This document shows positions 1 through 9,279 of a stretch of 64,000 nt of DNA, piece by piece. Numbering within the stretch: position 1 is the stretch's first letter; the number at the start of each line of letters is the position of its first letter. Origin of the DNA: an uncultured Poribacteria bacterium (GTDB lineage: Bacteria; Poribacteria; WGA-4E; WGA-3G); contig CATQHZ020000001.1 of assembly GCA_958296135.2 (NCBI GenBank), forward strand, positions 2,368,001 through 2,432,000, given 5' to 3'. Both the position numbers and the translations under genes were made by a program. The notes beneath the pieces are model-generated. The model was given only the letters and a program-made list of their open reading frames with translations. It was not told the DNA's origin and ran no database searches.

Positions 1-1799
1 AAGAACGCGCCCTGTTAACAGGACACACCGCCTTAGTCAGCAGCGTCTGTTTTAGCCCGGATGGGCGTGTCCTCGCGAGTGGCAGTCTGGATGGTACCAT
101 CCGGCTGTGGGATGTCGCCACCGGCACACCTCAACGAGCCCTCACCTCCACCTCATTTGATTATGTCACTGGCGTGCGTTTCAGTCCGGACGGCGGCACG
201 CTCGCCTGTGCGGGGCATGTCGTAGAAATGGGGTCTTGGATTGAACTGTGGGATGTGGCCACCGGAACCTTGCGCCGGAGTCTCCCGGACTTCCTCGGCG
301 AGGTCTTGAGCCTGGATTTCAGTCCGGACGGGCAGACGCTCGCCAGTGGCTATGAGGCTGATAAGGTTCTTCTGTGGGATGTGGCCACCGGGGCCCTTCG
401 ACAGACGTTTATCGCACACCCTGGCGCGCGTATTAATAGCGTGCGTTTCAGCGCGGATGGGGAAACGTTAGTGAGTGCAAGTCAGGAGAAGACGTTTCAA
501 AATAAGAACAAGGCATACACGATAGGGATGTGGGATGTGGCGAGCAGAGAACCCTTGAAAAGACTCACTGTCCCCATCGATGCTGTCTCTAGCCTATGTT
601 GGAGTCCGGATAGACAGACGTGGGCGAGTGGGAACTTGGATGGCACGATTCGGCTGTGGGATGTGGCGAGCAGCGAAGCCTTGAAAAGGCTCACCGGCCA
701 CACCGACGCTGTCTCTAACATGGGTTGGAGTCCGGATGGACAGACCCTAGCCAGTGCGAGTTGGGATGGCACGATTCGGCTGTGGGATGTGGCTACCGGT
801 CTCCCTCGCCACACGTTTACTGGACATACCTCGCATGTCTCAAATATGTATTGGCGTGCAGATGGGCAGACGCTCGTCTGTGGCTACAAAGACGGCAAGG
901 TGCAGCTGTGGGATGACAACGGCAAGGTTCGTCTGTGGGATGTAGTTACCGGTGTCCTTCGCCGCACGTATTTTGGTGGATACACTGTGTATGACAGCAG
1001 TTTGAGTCTCAGTGCGGATGGGCGGATGTTGGCGAGTGCGAGTGAAGAAGACAAAACGATTAGGTTGTGGGACGTGGCTACCGGCACCCTTCGCTACACA
1101 TTGCCCGGGCATACTCGGCTTGTATCAAGTCTGTGTTTCAGTGCGGATGGGCAGATGTTGGCGAGTGGGAGCTGGGGCCAAACGATTCGGGTGTGGGATG
1201 TCGCCACTAGCACATCCCTGAAAACGCTTGGCACACCGCCTGGTAATACCGAGTATGTCAGTAGCCTGGATTTCAGCCCGGATGGGCAGACGCTCGCCAG
1301 TGGGGAGGGGTCAAAGAATCAGGACTACGTGATTCGGCTGTGGGACGTAACCACCGGCACCCTTCACCACACGCTCACCGGCCATACCGGTGAAATCTTA
1401 AGCGTCTGTTTCAGTCCAGATGGACAGACACTGGCAAGTGGGAATGGTCAAAATCCATGGACCGAGGTGGGAATGGCAGACTACACGATTCAGTTGTGGG
1501 ATGTGGCTACCGGCGAACTCCGAAAAACCCTTATTGGACACTTCGGTTCTGTCTCCAGCCTGTGTTGGAGTCCGGATGGGCAGACGCTGGCGAGTGGGGG
1601 TGGATATTCACACGGCGAAGCGGGACGGCCGGACTACAAGGTTCGAGTGTGGGATGTGGCTACCGGCGAACTCCGAAGGACTCTCATTGGGCACACCGGT
1701 GAAATCTTGAGCGTCCGTTTCAGTGCGGCCGGGCAGACGTTAGCGAGTGGGAGTGCGGATGGCACAGTCCTCCTGTGGCAGATGAACCCAGAAAAATAG
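1..1799 (+). CDS. WD40-repeat protein, 5' end outside the window
   Basis: The frame is open from position 3 (ERALLTGHTALVSSVCFSPDG...) into ORF 174..1799; many GH-x-FSPDG-x-LASG-x-WD repeats. Confidence 0.93.
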   Translation, partial: ERALLTGHTALVSSVCFSPDGRVLASGSLDGTIRLWDVATGTPQRALTSTSFDYVTGVRFSPDGGTLACAGHVVEMGSWIELWDVATGTLRRSLPDFLGEVLSLDFSPDGQTLASGYEADKVLLWDVATGALRQTFIAHPGARINSVRFSADGETLVSASQEKTFQNKNKAYTIGMWDVASREPLKRLTVPIDAVSSLCWSPDRQTWASGNLDGTIRLWDVASSEALKRLTGHTDAVSNMGWSPDGQTLASASWDGTIRLWDVATGLPRHTFTGHTSHVSNMYWRADGQTLVCGYKDGKVQLWDDNGKVRLWDVVTGVLRRTYFGGYTVYDSSLSLSADGRMLASASEEDKTIRLWDVATGTLRYTLPGHTRLVSSLCFSADGQMLASGSWGQTIRVWDVATSTSLKTLGTPPGNTEYVSSLDFSPDGQTLASGEGSKNQDYVIRLWDVTTGTLHHTLTGHTGEILSVCFSPDGQTLASGNGQNPWTEVGMADYTIQLWDVATGELRKTLIGHFGSVSSLCWSPDGQTLASGGGYSHGEAGRPDYKVRVWDVATGELRRTLIGHTGEILSVRFSAAGQTLASGSADGTVLLWQMNPEK

Positions 1800-1811
1800 A
1801 GAGGAGAAAAA

Positions 1812-2246
1812 ATGGAATCACTACAAAAATCAGTGCAAACGGTCATTAAGTCGGGACGAATCGGCAGCCCGGTGTTTCTGCGATGCGTCTGTCAAATCGC
1901 GACGGAGAAGTCTCTCCTACAGCCAGCAGCGGCGGTGATGGCTCTCGCAAACGAATGGATGCCCGCAGAACCGGAGCGCATCTACGCGCAAAGCGACGCG
2001 GAGGCAACGCAACTCACGCTCATGGTGCAATACGCCGGCGGACAATCCGCGGTCTTGAGCGTCAATCGCACGCGTGCAGAACCCGAATGCGATGTCATGC
2101 TGGTAGGCAACAAAGGGGTTATCTATCATGAAACGCCAATAGGGCGGCACCATCTAAGTGCGACACCGCTTGAAATGGGCGAATCAGCGGAATTGACCCC
2201 TGTTATCGCGCAGGCACTTGAAAGCGGACAACCAACACCGTTGTAG
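1812..2246 (+). CDS. Small protein resembling the C-terminal domain of Gfo/Idh/MocA oxidoreductases
   Basis: RBS GAGGAG; SGRIGSPVFLR resembles the 'G.IG.' start of the Gfo C-terminal domain; lies upstream of a full-length Gfo/Idh/MocA gene. Confidence 0.6.
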   Translation: MESLQKSVQTVIKSGRIGSPVFLRCVCQIATEKSLLQPAAAVMALANEWMPAEPERIYAQSDAEATQLTLMVQYAGGQSAVLSVNRTRAEPECDVMLVGNKGVIYHETPIGRHHLSATPLEMGESAELTPVIAQALESGQPTPL

Positions 2247-2350
2247 GCGCGACCTCCCGCGTCTCGATACCTCTTGTAGGCGCGACCTCCTGGTCTCGAT
2301 GCATCCCGGTAGGAGAGACCTCCCGGTCTCGATGCATCCCGCGTCTCGAT
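2243..2350 (+). repeat. Tandem REP-like cluster (GTAGG(C/A)G(C/A)GACCTCC...GTCTCGAT family), 3 copies plus a partial
   Basis: Direct repeats of a GTAG-headed imperfect palindrome; the family recurs near 3517, 20212, 34735, 36075, 37180 and 40862. Confidence 0.85.
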
Positions 2351-2377
2351 AGGAAAATTCATTTTGGAGGGATAACC

Positions 2378-3520
2378 ATGGAAAAATACGGTATACTATT
2401 ACTCGGCGGCCATCGCACGCACCAAGAAAACTACGCGCCGAATTTCGCGCAAGACGCTCGCTGCCAACTCATCGCATTCGCCGATGAACGGGATGCACCG
2501 GCGGAACGCATCGCATTAGGAAAATCGCTCGCCGAAGAACTGAACCTGCCGTTCATCCCAGATTTGGACGAGGCACTCGCGCGCGACGATGTGCATGTCG
2601 TGAGTCTCTGCACGGAAGTGGAGCGGCGCGGGCGCGTCGGCGCGAAGTGCGCGGAAGCAGGCAAGCACGTTTACCTCGACAAGCCGATGGCACTTAACCC
2701 CGACGATGCAAACCAGATTGTCGCCGCCGTGAAGCGCAGCGGTGTCCGAACGCAGATGTTCAGCAACATCCACAGCCCCTGGGCGCGAAGCGTGAAAGGG
2801 GGATTGGAAAACGGCGAAATCGGCGAACTGCGCGCGATTCACTGCGATGTCCTTTTCTCCAAGGGGCACCCGGGGAGCGCGCCTGTCGGCAAGAAACGAA
2901 TCGAGAAACCGACGGTGGAACGCTATAGTTTCGTTGAAGCAAAGCGCGAGATGTTTGATGTCGGCGTTTACGCGGTATCAATGGTGAATTGGCTCACACA
3001 GAAACCCGTTCAGAACGTCTTCGGTGCAACGGCGAACTACTTTTTCAAGGAGCATCACGATTGCGGCGTTGAAGATTTCGGCGCGCTGATGCTGACGCTA
3101 GAAGGCGGCATCACCGCAACAATCATCGGTGGACGCTACGGGTGGCAGAGTCATGCACGCGGCGGCGTGCAGAAAGTGCATCTCGTCGGCACAGAGAAGA
3201 CGTTGACGTTCGATGCCGCGGCGAACCGTTTGGCGGTATTTGCTGCTGAACCGGCGTTTGAACCGCCGCCACCGCACCCCCTCGATCCGATGGGGATGTG
3301 GAGCAGCACGCAATCTGAAGTTGGGATGCGTCCAAAGCAGGCGTGGATGGATATCGGGAGCGGTGACGACAGCGCGCGGGAATTCAGCGCGTTTATTGAT
3401 TGCATTGAGAACGGCGTGGAGAGTGAGATGAACGCCGAATTTGCGGCGCAATCGATTGAAATTATCACAGCAGGGTATCGTTCCGCGGCGAGTGGGGAAG
3501 TAATCGAAATTCCTCAGTAG
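2378..3520 (+). CDS. Gfo/Idh/MocA family oxidoreductase
   Basis: AGKHVYLDKPMA motif, Rossmann-like N-terminus and GEIGEL linker. Confidence 0.9.
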   Translation: MEKYGILLLGGHRTHQENYAPNFAQDARCQLIAFADERDAPAERIALGKSLAEELNLPFIPDLDEALARDDVHVVSLCTEVERRGRVGAKCAEAGKHVYLDKPMALNPDDANQIVAAVKRSGVRTQMFSNIHSPWARSVKGGLENGEIGELRAIHCDVLFSKGHPGSAPVGKKRIEKPTVERYSFVEAKREMFDVGVYAVSMVNWLTQKPVQNVFGATANYFFKEHHDCGVEDFGALMLTLEGGITATIIGGRYGWQSHARGGVQKVHLVGTEKTLTFDAAANRLAVFAAEPAFEPPPPHPLDPMGMWSSTQSEVGMRPKQAWMDIGSGDDSAREFSAFIDCIENGVESEMNAEFAAQSIEIITAGYRSAASGEVIEIPQ

Positions 3521-3609
3521 GTGCGCCCTCTTGTCTCAACTCTCCCCGGTAGGCGCGCCCTCCCGCGTCTCGATGCCCTCAGTAGGAGAGACCTCCCGCG
3601 TCTCGATGC
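3517..3609 (+). repeat. REP-like cluster between convergent genes
   Basis: Three GTAGG...TCTCGAT-type units. Confidence 0.8.
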
Positions 3610-3637
3610 GTGCACTATCAAAACCAGGCGGTCCCTC

Positions 3638-5473
3638 CTACCCGGTTACTCCTATCGCTTCCAACTCCGCAATCTGTCTCAGCCACGATTCCCGGATTTC
3701 GGGGGAGTAATCACCCGGTAGCAACGATTTTCGGGTGCAATTGACAAACGCCTGCAGAATCTGATACTTCCGAATCGGGCCGATGTTAGGGAGAATCCTG
3801 TCAGAGACGACATCAACGATGTCATCAACAGTCAAGTCGTCTCTCAGATTCTTGGCTGCCTCGAGGTCTGCCCGGAGGGAGGCGAAACTGGCGGCGGAAT
3901 AGCCATCGGTATGTTCTAGCAGCAGTTGCAATGCCGCATCTGGGATAGTTTGATTGAAAACGTTGCGGAGTGTCCAGCGGAGAAACGCCTCCCGGTCTTC
4001 CCCACTCGGGTCAAGCACAGGGATGACGATGTCCCCGACGCGGCCCTCTCGGCGCAAGTCTGGGGAGAGATTATAGATGCGCGCTGTCATCAGCAGCCAC
4101 GTGATGTTGCCGCGCAGCTGCGGATCGGACATCATCGCCTGAATCTTTCCGGTGAGTCGGCGCTCCGTGCTGTGCGCATCTCTACCGACATCACCGAACT
4201 GCGTATCCGCCTCATCAACGAAGATCAGCACCTTTACGAGTGCCATGAGCAACCGCCGCAGCCGTTCAAAAATGACATCTGTCTGTCCAAACCACATGCT
4301 CCGAATGTTTTTCAGCACGAGGACAGGGATATCCAATTCGCCTGCGAGCCCCTCAAAAATAAACGTCTTTCCGCTTCCGATGGGCCCGCAGACGCTGAGC
4401 CCGGAGATGGCATCCGGCCCGGTAGAGGTAATGCGCGGAATAAGGCGCGTCTTGAGAAATTCGACCAGGTTCCGGTTCCCCACGATATCCTTCAGCGTGT
4501 GCTCTGGCTTTTTAAACTCCACCACATCTTCGCCTAACTGCGCTTGGATAAATTCGGAGACCTTCTCAATAACGTGCCCCGGGCGAAGTTTCCCGCCAGA
4601 ATAGCACGCAGCGGCCAGCAGCTGGCGCAACGCTTGTAGCGACAAACCTGCCGTCAGCATGGCAAGTTGCGACTGGGTGCCCCAGAGGTTTAAGGTCTGC
4701 CCCGCGGGTTTTTGCGTTCTATTGAACCACGAGATGAAATGCCGACGCACCTCCAGCTGCGGCGAGGGAATCTCTACACCGATGACCTGGGGGAGCCGCG
4801 TAATTCGCGAATTAACCAGGCTTTTAGACTCCGCAACGAAGACAACCGTATCGCTGGCTTTCATGAACTCTGAATCCGAAATCCAATCCTGAACGATGCT
4901 GACGCGGTGTCTATCCGCCTGACTCAAACTCCGAATCTCGCCCTCGGGCAGCAACATATCGGTTGCCTCGATGATGATGAGCAGCGTCTCCGCTAGCAGC
5001 TTCTCGCCGCGGAGGTTCGTCGTCCGAGAAATCATGCAGAATTGCCGCAGGAGTTCCAAGGCCAGCGTGGGGCTGCCGATCGCATCGTCAAGATAGCGTT
5101 CAAACGTGTCCTCACTGGGGTGGGCATCGAGTGGATATGACTTCTCATAACCGGGGTGGGCATCACGTTCCGGCGCGGCGGCTTGCCGCCATACATTAAA
5201 AGCGGCCTGCAGCTTCTCTCTATCGCTGGCGCGGAGGAAGCGGAGCGGGCCGTTGAGTTCATAGACTATCAGGATAAACCCCGGAATATCCCAACTGCGG
5301 GTAAGGAATTTCACGAGGGGGATATAATCTCCCTGCGCGGCATCGTCAACAAAGAAAAGATCGTGGATATTCCCTGAGAGGACGAGGCTGCGCGAAGTGC
5401 CGGAGTTAATGAGCATGCCTGCCTCGGTCCGGAATTGGTAGTGTGGATTTTTAATCGCCATGATGTTGCTCAC
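3638..5473 (-). CDS. AAA family ATPase (degenerate N-terminal AAA-like domain plus an intact classical AAA domain)
   Basis: Walker A GPIGSGKT, pore loop SMWFGQTD, Walker B IFVDEAD, Arg finger LRREGR. Confidence 0.9.
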   Translation of the reverse strand: MSNIMAIKNPHYQFRTEAGMLINSGTSRSLVLSGNIHDLFFVDDAAQGDYIPLVKFLTRSWDIPGFILIVYELNGPLRFLRASDREKLQAAFNVWRQAAAPERDAHPGYEKSYPLDAHPSEDTFERYLDDAIGSPTLALELLRQFCMISRTTNLRGEKLLAETLLIIIEATDMLLPEGEIRSLSQADRHRVSIVQDWISDSEFMKASDTVVFVAESKSLVNSRITRLPQVIGVEIPSPQLEVRRHFISWFNRTQKPAGQTLNLWGTQSQLAMLTAGLSLQALRQLLAAACYSGGKLRPGHVIEKVSEFIQAQLGEDVVEFKKPEHTLKDIVGNRNLVEFLKTRLIPRITSTGPDAISGLSVCGPIGSGKTFIFEGLAGELDIPVLVLKNIRSMWFGQTDVIFERLRRLLMALVKVLIFVDEADTQFGDVGRDAHSTERRLTGKIQAMMSDPQLRGNITWLLMTARIYNLSPDLRREGRVGDIVIPVLDPSGEDREAFLRWTLRNVFNQTIPDAALQLLLEHTDGYSAASFASLRADLEAAKNLRDDLTVDDIVDVVSDRILPNIGPIRKYQILQAFVNCTRKSLLPGDYSPEIRESWLRQIAELEAIGVTG

Positions 5474-5479
5474 CGTATC

Positions 5480-7168
5480 CTACGCAAAACATTTTTCCCA
5501 GCGCGGGAGGAACCCCTCCGTCAAAAAACTGTCGAGCCGCCAGAGATGCTTTTGCGGTTCCTTCTGAAAAAAGGTACCCATTGCCAATACCAGCGTGTCG
5601 CTGAAAGCGTGCTGGGTTTCCATCTGTCCAAGCGTCTCGTATGTGTGCAGGAGTGCAACGTGGATGCGGAGGAAGTTCAACGCGGCAAGACTGAAGGCGT
5701 TGAGTTTCAGGTGCCCATCAGCAGTCTTCTCCCAAGCCCATTCGGGTTGATAGTGCCGGGCTAGTTGCGTTTTACAGTGCTGCACGGCTTCTTCGATGAC
5801 CGCGCTTGCAACACGCCTTTGCAACTGACATGCCAAATCTTGCTTTAAACGGTGCCGAGCCTCTTCAGAAACCACCCACGTATGAAATACCTCGGCGGCG
5901 CGCGCGAAGCATTTGCGAAGATCGGCGAGCGTCAAGTCCAACTTACTCGGAAAATTCTTGAGCAGCGAAGAACTCGGCAGCAGATGCGCCTGCTCCGGAT
6001 GCAGCATCAAGAACTTATACTCCACAGCATCCGCTAAGAGCTCCGCGACAATCGGCGTGAAGGCAATGATAGAACGTTCATAAAACTCGGCATCTATGAA
6101 TTGCCGGAGTTTCGTCGGGTTGAGACAGACTTCTCCTGAATCGGTGATAACAAACGCCCCAGCAAATGTTGTGGGCTCGCCTAAAACGGAAGCACCCTCC
6201 GTTAACGAGAACGGCCGATGAAAGTCAGCCAGTTTCCGATAAGGCTCTTCAAAATCGAGCAAACTCTCCTGCCACTGATGCCCCCATGTATCGTGAATGA
6301 GAAACTGGTCCAGTTCATCTAACGGCAGGAAGCCTATCATCCGGGTCAGCATCGCGGTAGTCAATTCAATCGAGAGCCCTGTATCTGCCGCAATTTGCTG
6401 CCGCAAGGCGAAATCCACTTTCTCGGCATCAAAGGTGCTGAACACGGGAAAGTGCGCGAACGGTTCCACCTGCCAAATTCTTTGGAGAAATAGGGTGCCT
6501 GCAGACGGTTGGCACGCTTCCTTCACCGTGGGCAGACAGAAATAGAGCGCGGAGGCAGTTTTGACTAACTTTACCTCGCCTGTCTTAAAAGGCGCATCAG
6601 GATAGAGGCACCGAAAAAAGCGCAAGACAGCAGCATCTAAATCGGGGGCATGGGATACCAGCTCGAACCGCGTCTCTAAACTCTGCATAATCTGATGCCG
6701 ATAGGCAAGCGGCGCGGTGCGGCTAGCAAGCTGCCACTCCAACGCCTTTCTCGCCTCAGCATCAATACTAAATCCCTGTTGGATGCGGTGCATCAACTTT
6801 TCTCTCTCGGCCGGATGCGCCGGCGCATCCGGTGCAAAGCGCGTGAAGATTTTAGAACCTGCCGTATCAAGGTTCTCAATCTCTCGATGATGGACAAGTG
6901 CAGGATACCGTTCAAGAGACAGCCAGACAGACTCGATGAAAGCAGCATCGACAGCAGGGCTGTCAACGCACTGTTTGACATCACGGCGCGTGGCTTTGGA
7001 GGTGACAGACACCAATTCATCATGCAGCGCGTAGAAGGTTTCAAGCGCGTCCGTTTCCTTCTCCTTGCTGAGTTGCTGCGCGCATCCTTCAAACGCCTGC
7101 AACCGCTCCAAGACAGCTTCCCAATGGCAGGAGATATGATGCGTGCGCGAAGTGTAGGGGGTGTTCAT
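5480..7168 (-). CDS. Hypothetical protein, possible metal-binding HDxxGH motif
   Basis: Long ORF; start moved to ATG 7168 (MNTPYT) after a GGAGG RBS; contains IHDTWGHQWQE and AELLAD. Confidence 0.75.
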   Translation of the reverse strand: MNTPYTSRTHHISCHWEAVLERLQAFEGCAQQLSKEKETDALETFYALHDELVSVTSKATRRDVKQCVDSPAVDAAFIESVWLSLERYPALVHHREIENLDTAGSKIFTRFAPDAPAHPAEREKLMHRIQQGFSIDAEARKALEWQLASRTAPLAYRHQIMQSLETRFELVSHAPDLDAAVLRFFRCLYPDAPFKTGEVKLVKTASALYFCLPTVKEACQPSAGTLFLQRIWQVEPFAHFPVFSTFDAEKVDFALRQQIAADTGLSIELTTAMLTRMIGFLPLDELDQFLIHDTWGHQWQESLLDFEEPYRKLADFHRPFSLTEGASVLGEPTTFAGAFVITDSGEVCLNPTKLRQFIDAEFYERSIIAFTPIVAELLADAVEYKFLMLHPEQAHLLPSSSLLKNFPSKLDLTLADLRKCFARAAEVFHTWVVSEEARHRLKQDLACQLQRRVASAVIEEAVQHCKTQLARHYQPEWAWEKTADGHLKLNAFSLAALNFLRIHVALLHTYETLGQMETQHAFSDTLVLAMGTFFQKEPQKHLWRLDSFLTEGFLPRWEKCFA

Positions 7169-7235
7169 GAATTCCTCCAGAGCCCAGTGAGCGCGATGGG
7201 CGAGCGCGCCGGACCGCCCGCCCAGGACATTCGTT

Positions 7236-8078
7236 TCACAGCGGCAGCTCCGAATCGGCACTCGCCGGCTGCTTTTGGGGCTCGGATTTCTGCGCCGTGG
7301 CGGTGTCAGTCTGCTGTGCACCGAAGATGAGGGAGTCAAATTCATCCGAGGTAGCCGTGGTGCGCGCAGCGGTGAGAAATTCTTCCTCTTCGGTACGCGA
7401 ATCGGTGCCAGCCAGCTCCTGCGCGACTTTCGAGCGTCCCTTCGCCTTCTCTCGAATCTCGCGCATCCGTGCCAATTCCGCGGAGGTGCCGTCCATACTG
7501 ATGCCGGAGAGCATATCGGCGATATCCTCTTGCTCGCGGGCCGTAATCAGATCGGCGACAGCTTCGGACTGCTCCTCTTTAATCTTGCTCAGGTCGCGGT
7601 GGAGCGTGGTTATTTGAAGTTTATGTGCTTCAATATCCTGCTGGGCACGCTCAATATCCGCCTCAAGTTCGGTGACACGCGCGTTTTTCTCCTCCAGCGT
7701 GGAGTGAAAATCGTTGTAGGCAGTGACACAGCGGACGTACTCCGCATGCTCCTTGATTTCGTCGGGAGTCATCCCAGAATTCTGCAGGCCGGTGGCGGTG
7801 CTTTTCGCCTTAGCAATCGCGCCCGACTTCAACTCCTCCAGCCGGCCAATGTCAGCAGTCAGGCTTTTTACCAAACCTTTCTTCTGTTCGACAAGTGCCA
7901 TGAGTTGCCCTATCGCTGCCTTGTAGCGTTGGATGTTCCCCATCTTGTCGTTGATGATGTCTTCATAAGCACCACGCACCGCTTCGGGGTTCTCCATCAT
8001 CCTATCGGCCGACTCGTGCGCGCGGCCGGTAAGCGTATACCAAATCGCTTTGAAAAAACGGCTGATTCCGTTTGCCAT
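7236..8078 (-). CDS. PspA/IM30 (Vipp1-like) family protein
   Basis: Amphipathic N-terminus MANGISRFFKAIWYTL, 'ADRMMENPEAV' matching the PspA D..EDP motif, long coiled coils, 280 aa, GGAGG RBS. Confidence 0.75.
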   Translation of the reverse strand: MANGISRFFKAIWYTLTGRAHESADRMMENPEAVRGAYEDIINDKMGNIQRYKAAIGQLMALVEQKKGLVKSLTADIGRLEELKSGAIAKAKSTATGLQNSGMTPDEIKEHAEYVRCVTAYNDFHSTLEEKNARVTELEADIERAQQDIEAHKLQITTLHRDLSKIKEEQSEAVADLITAREQEDIADMLSGISMDGTSAELARMREIREKAKGRSKVAQELAGTDSRTEEEEFLTAARTTATSDEFDSLIFGAQQTDTATAQKSEPQKQPASADSELPL

Positions 8079-8106
8079 TGTCGTTGTTCCTCCTGTTTTT
8101 CCCCCG

Positions 8107-8168
8107 GTAGGCGCGCGTTCTAAGCGCGCCCGCTCCTCCCTTGGAACACGGTTTCAAAACGCGCCTAC
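8107..8168. repeat. Inverted REP pair (GTAGGCGCG...family)
   Basis: gtaggcgcgcgttctaagcgcgcc followed by an oppositely oriented ...gtttcaaaacgcgcctac. Confidence 0.7.
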
Positions 8169-8174
8169 CGAATA

Positions 8175-8981
8175 TTACTCAAAAGAGTTTTGTTCACTAT
8201 CACCTTGTTCTGGGGTTAACGCACGTAGCTGCGCCTCAACCTTCTTTGCGAAAGCAAGACTCTTATCAAGCTCCGCGCGGAGCCGCGAGAGCTCCGTATC
8301 ACTACTTTCAGGGCCAAGCGTCAACACCCGCGCATAGAGTTCGGAGAGCTGCACAATCGTCTGTTGAACATCCGCTATTTGCTGTTCCCGATGACGCACC
8401 AACACGCTTTTGACGGTGGCCCCCAACTGCGCATCTCTCGCCTTCTCGTGCATCTTCAGCGTATCTTTCAGGCATTGCACCGCCTGTGTAAAAAGCTGAG
8501 AGACTTTATCAGTAATTTCTGCGGAAACGGTGAGCGGTAGCATGCCCATCCAAGCACCGTTGCGTGCCTCCTCCTGAAAGGACTGATGCAAGGCGCGAAG
8601 TTCTTGGAGCATCGTCTCCGTGCGGGCATCCCCATCCGCCGCCAACTGCTGATGTAAGGCGTTAAGTTCCGCCTCCTGCTTCAGATTCACCTCGTTGAGG
8701 AGTTCCTCATGCACCTGCCTAGCGATAGCATCGGTGCCGGTTGTCCACTTGGTAATTATCGCACCCAACGGCACGAAGATACCGAGCACCACGCTAGCGA
8801 AGAGATAGAGAATCCCCGGCTCTAAATTGAGCACCCAAGCGGCAAAAGCAACCGATACTCCCGCAGCAAACGGGAAGATGACGTAAGAATTGCCGATAAG
8901 GTGGAGTAGGAATTTCTTCCGAAACAGTTTCCGATCGAGCACCTTTTTCACCGAGCCCCAGATTTTTAACAGGAATCGCAC
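8175..8981 (-). CDS. Membrane protein with two N-terminal TM helices and a coiled-coil C-terminus
   Basis: Hydrophobic segments YVIFPFAAGVSVAFAAWVL and ILYLFASVVLGIFVPLGAII, then a Q/E/L-rich helical region; first gene of the pspA-like operon. Confidence 0.75.
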   Translation of the reverse strand: MRFLLKIWGSVKKVLDRKLFRKKFLLHLIGNSYVIFPFAAGVSVAFAAWVLNLEPGILYLFASVVLGIFVPLGAIITKWTTGTDAIARQVHEELLNEVNLKQEAELNALHQQLAADGDARTETMLQELRALHQSFQEEARNGAWMGMLPLTVSAEITDKVSQLFTQAVQCLKDTLKMHEKARDAQLGATVKSVLVRHREQQIADVQQTIVQLSELYARVLTLGPESSDTELSRLRAELDKSLAFAKKVEAQLRALTPEQGDSEQNSFE

Positions 8982-9279
8982 AGAATAAACCCGGTAGACG
9001 CGGTTTGCAACCGTGCGCTTTCGTCGTTTGCGCGCGATGCTATGAAGATTAAGGAAATAACCGGGCCATTTCTGGCACTAGATACGGACAGGTAGAGACA
9101 TCCGCCCTTACAAAGCACGCCTACCGAAAGTGCAGCAAATCCTATTAATTTCCTTTCTGCAGCAACTAGCAAACCTATTGTGACAAATTATAGCATATTG
9201 TTTAGAAATTTGCAAGGAAAAAAATTTACAAAAAACGACTTGACAAGCATCCGAATTTCTGATTAAATAGTTATAGCAA

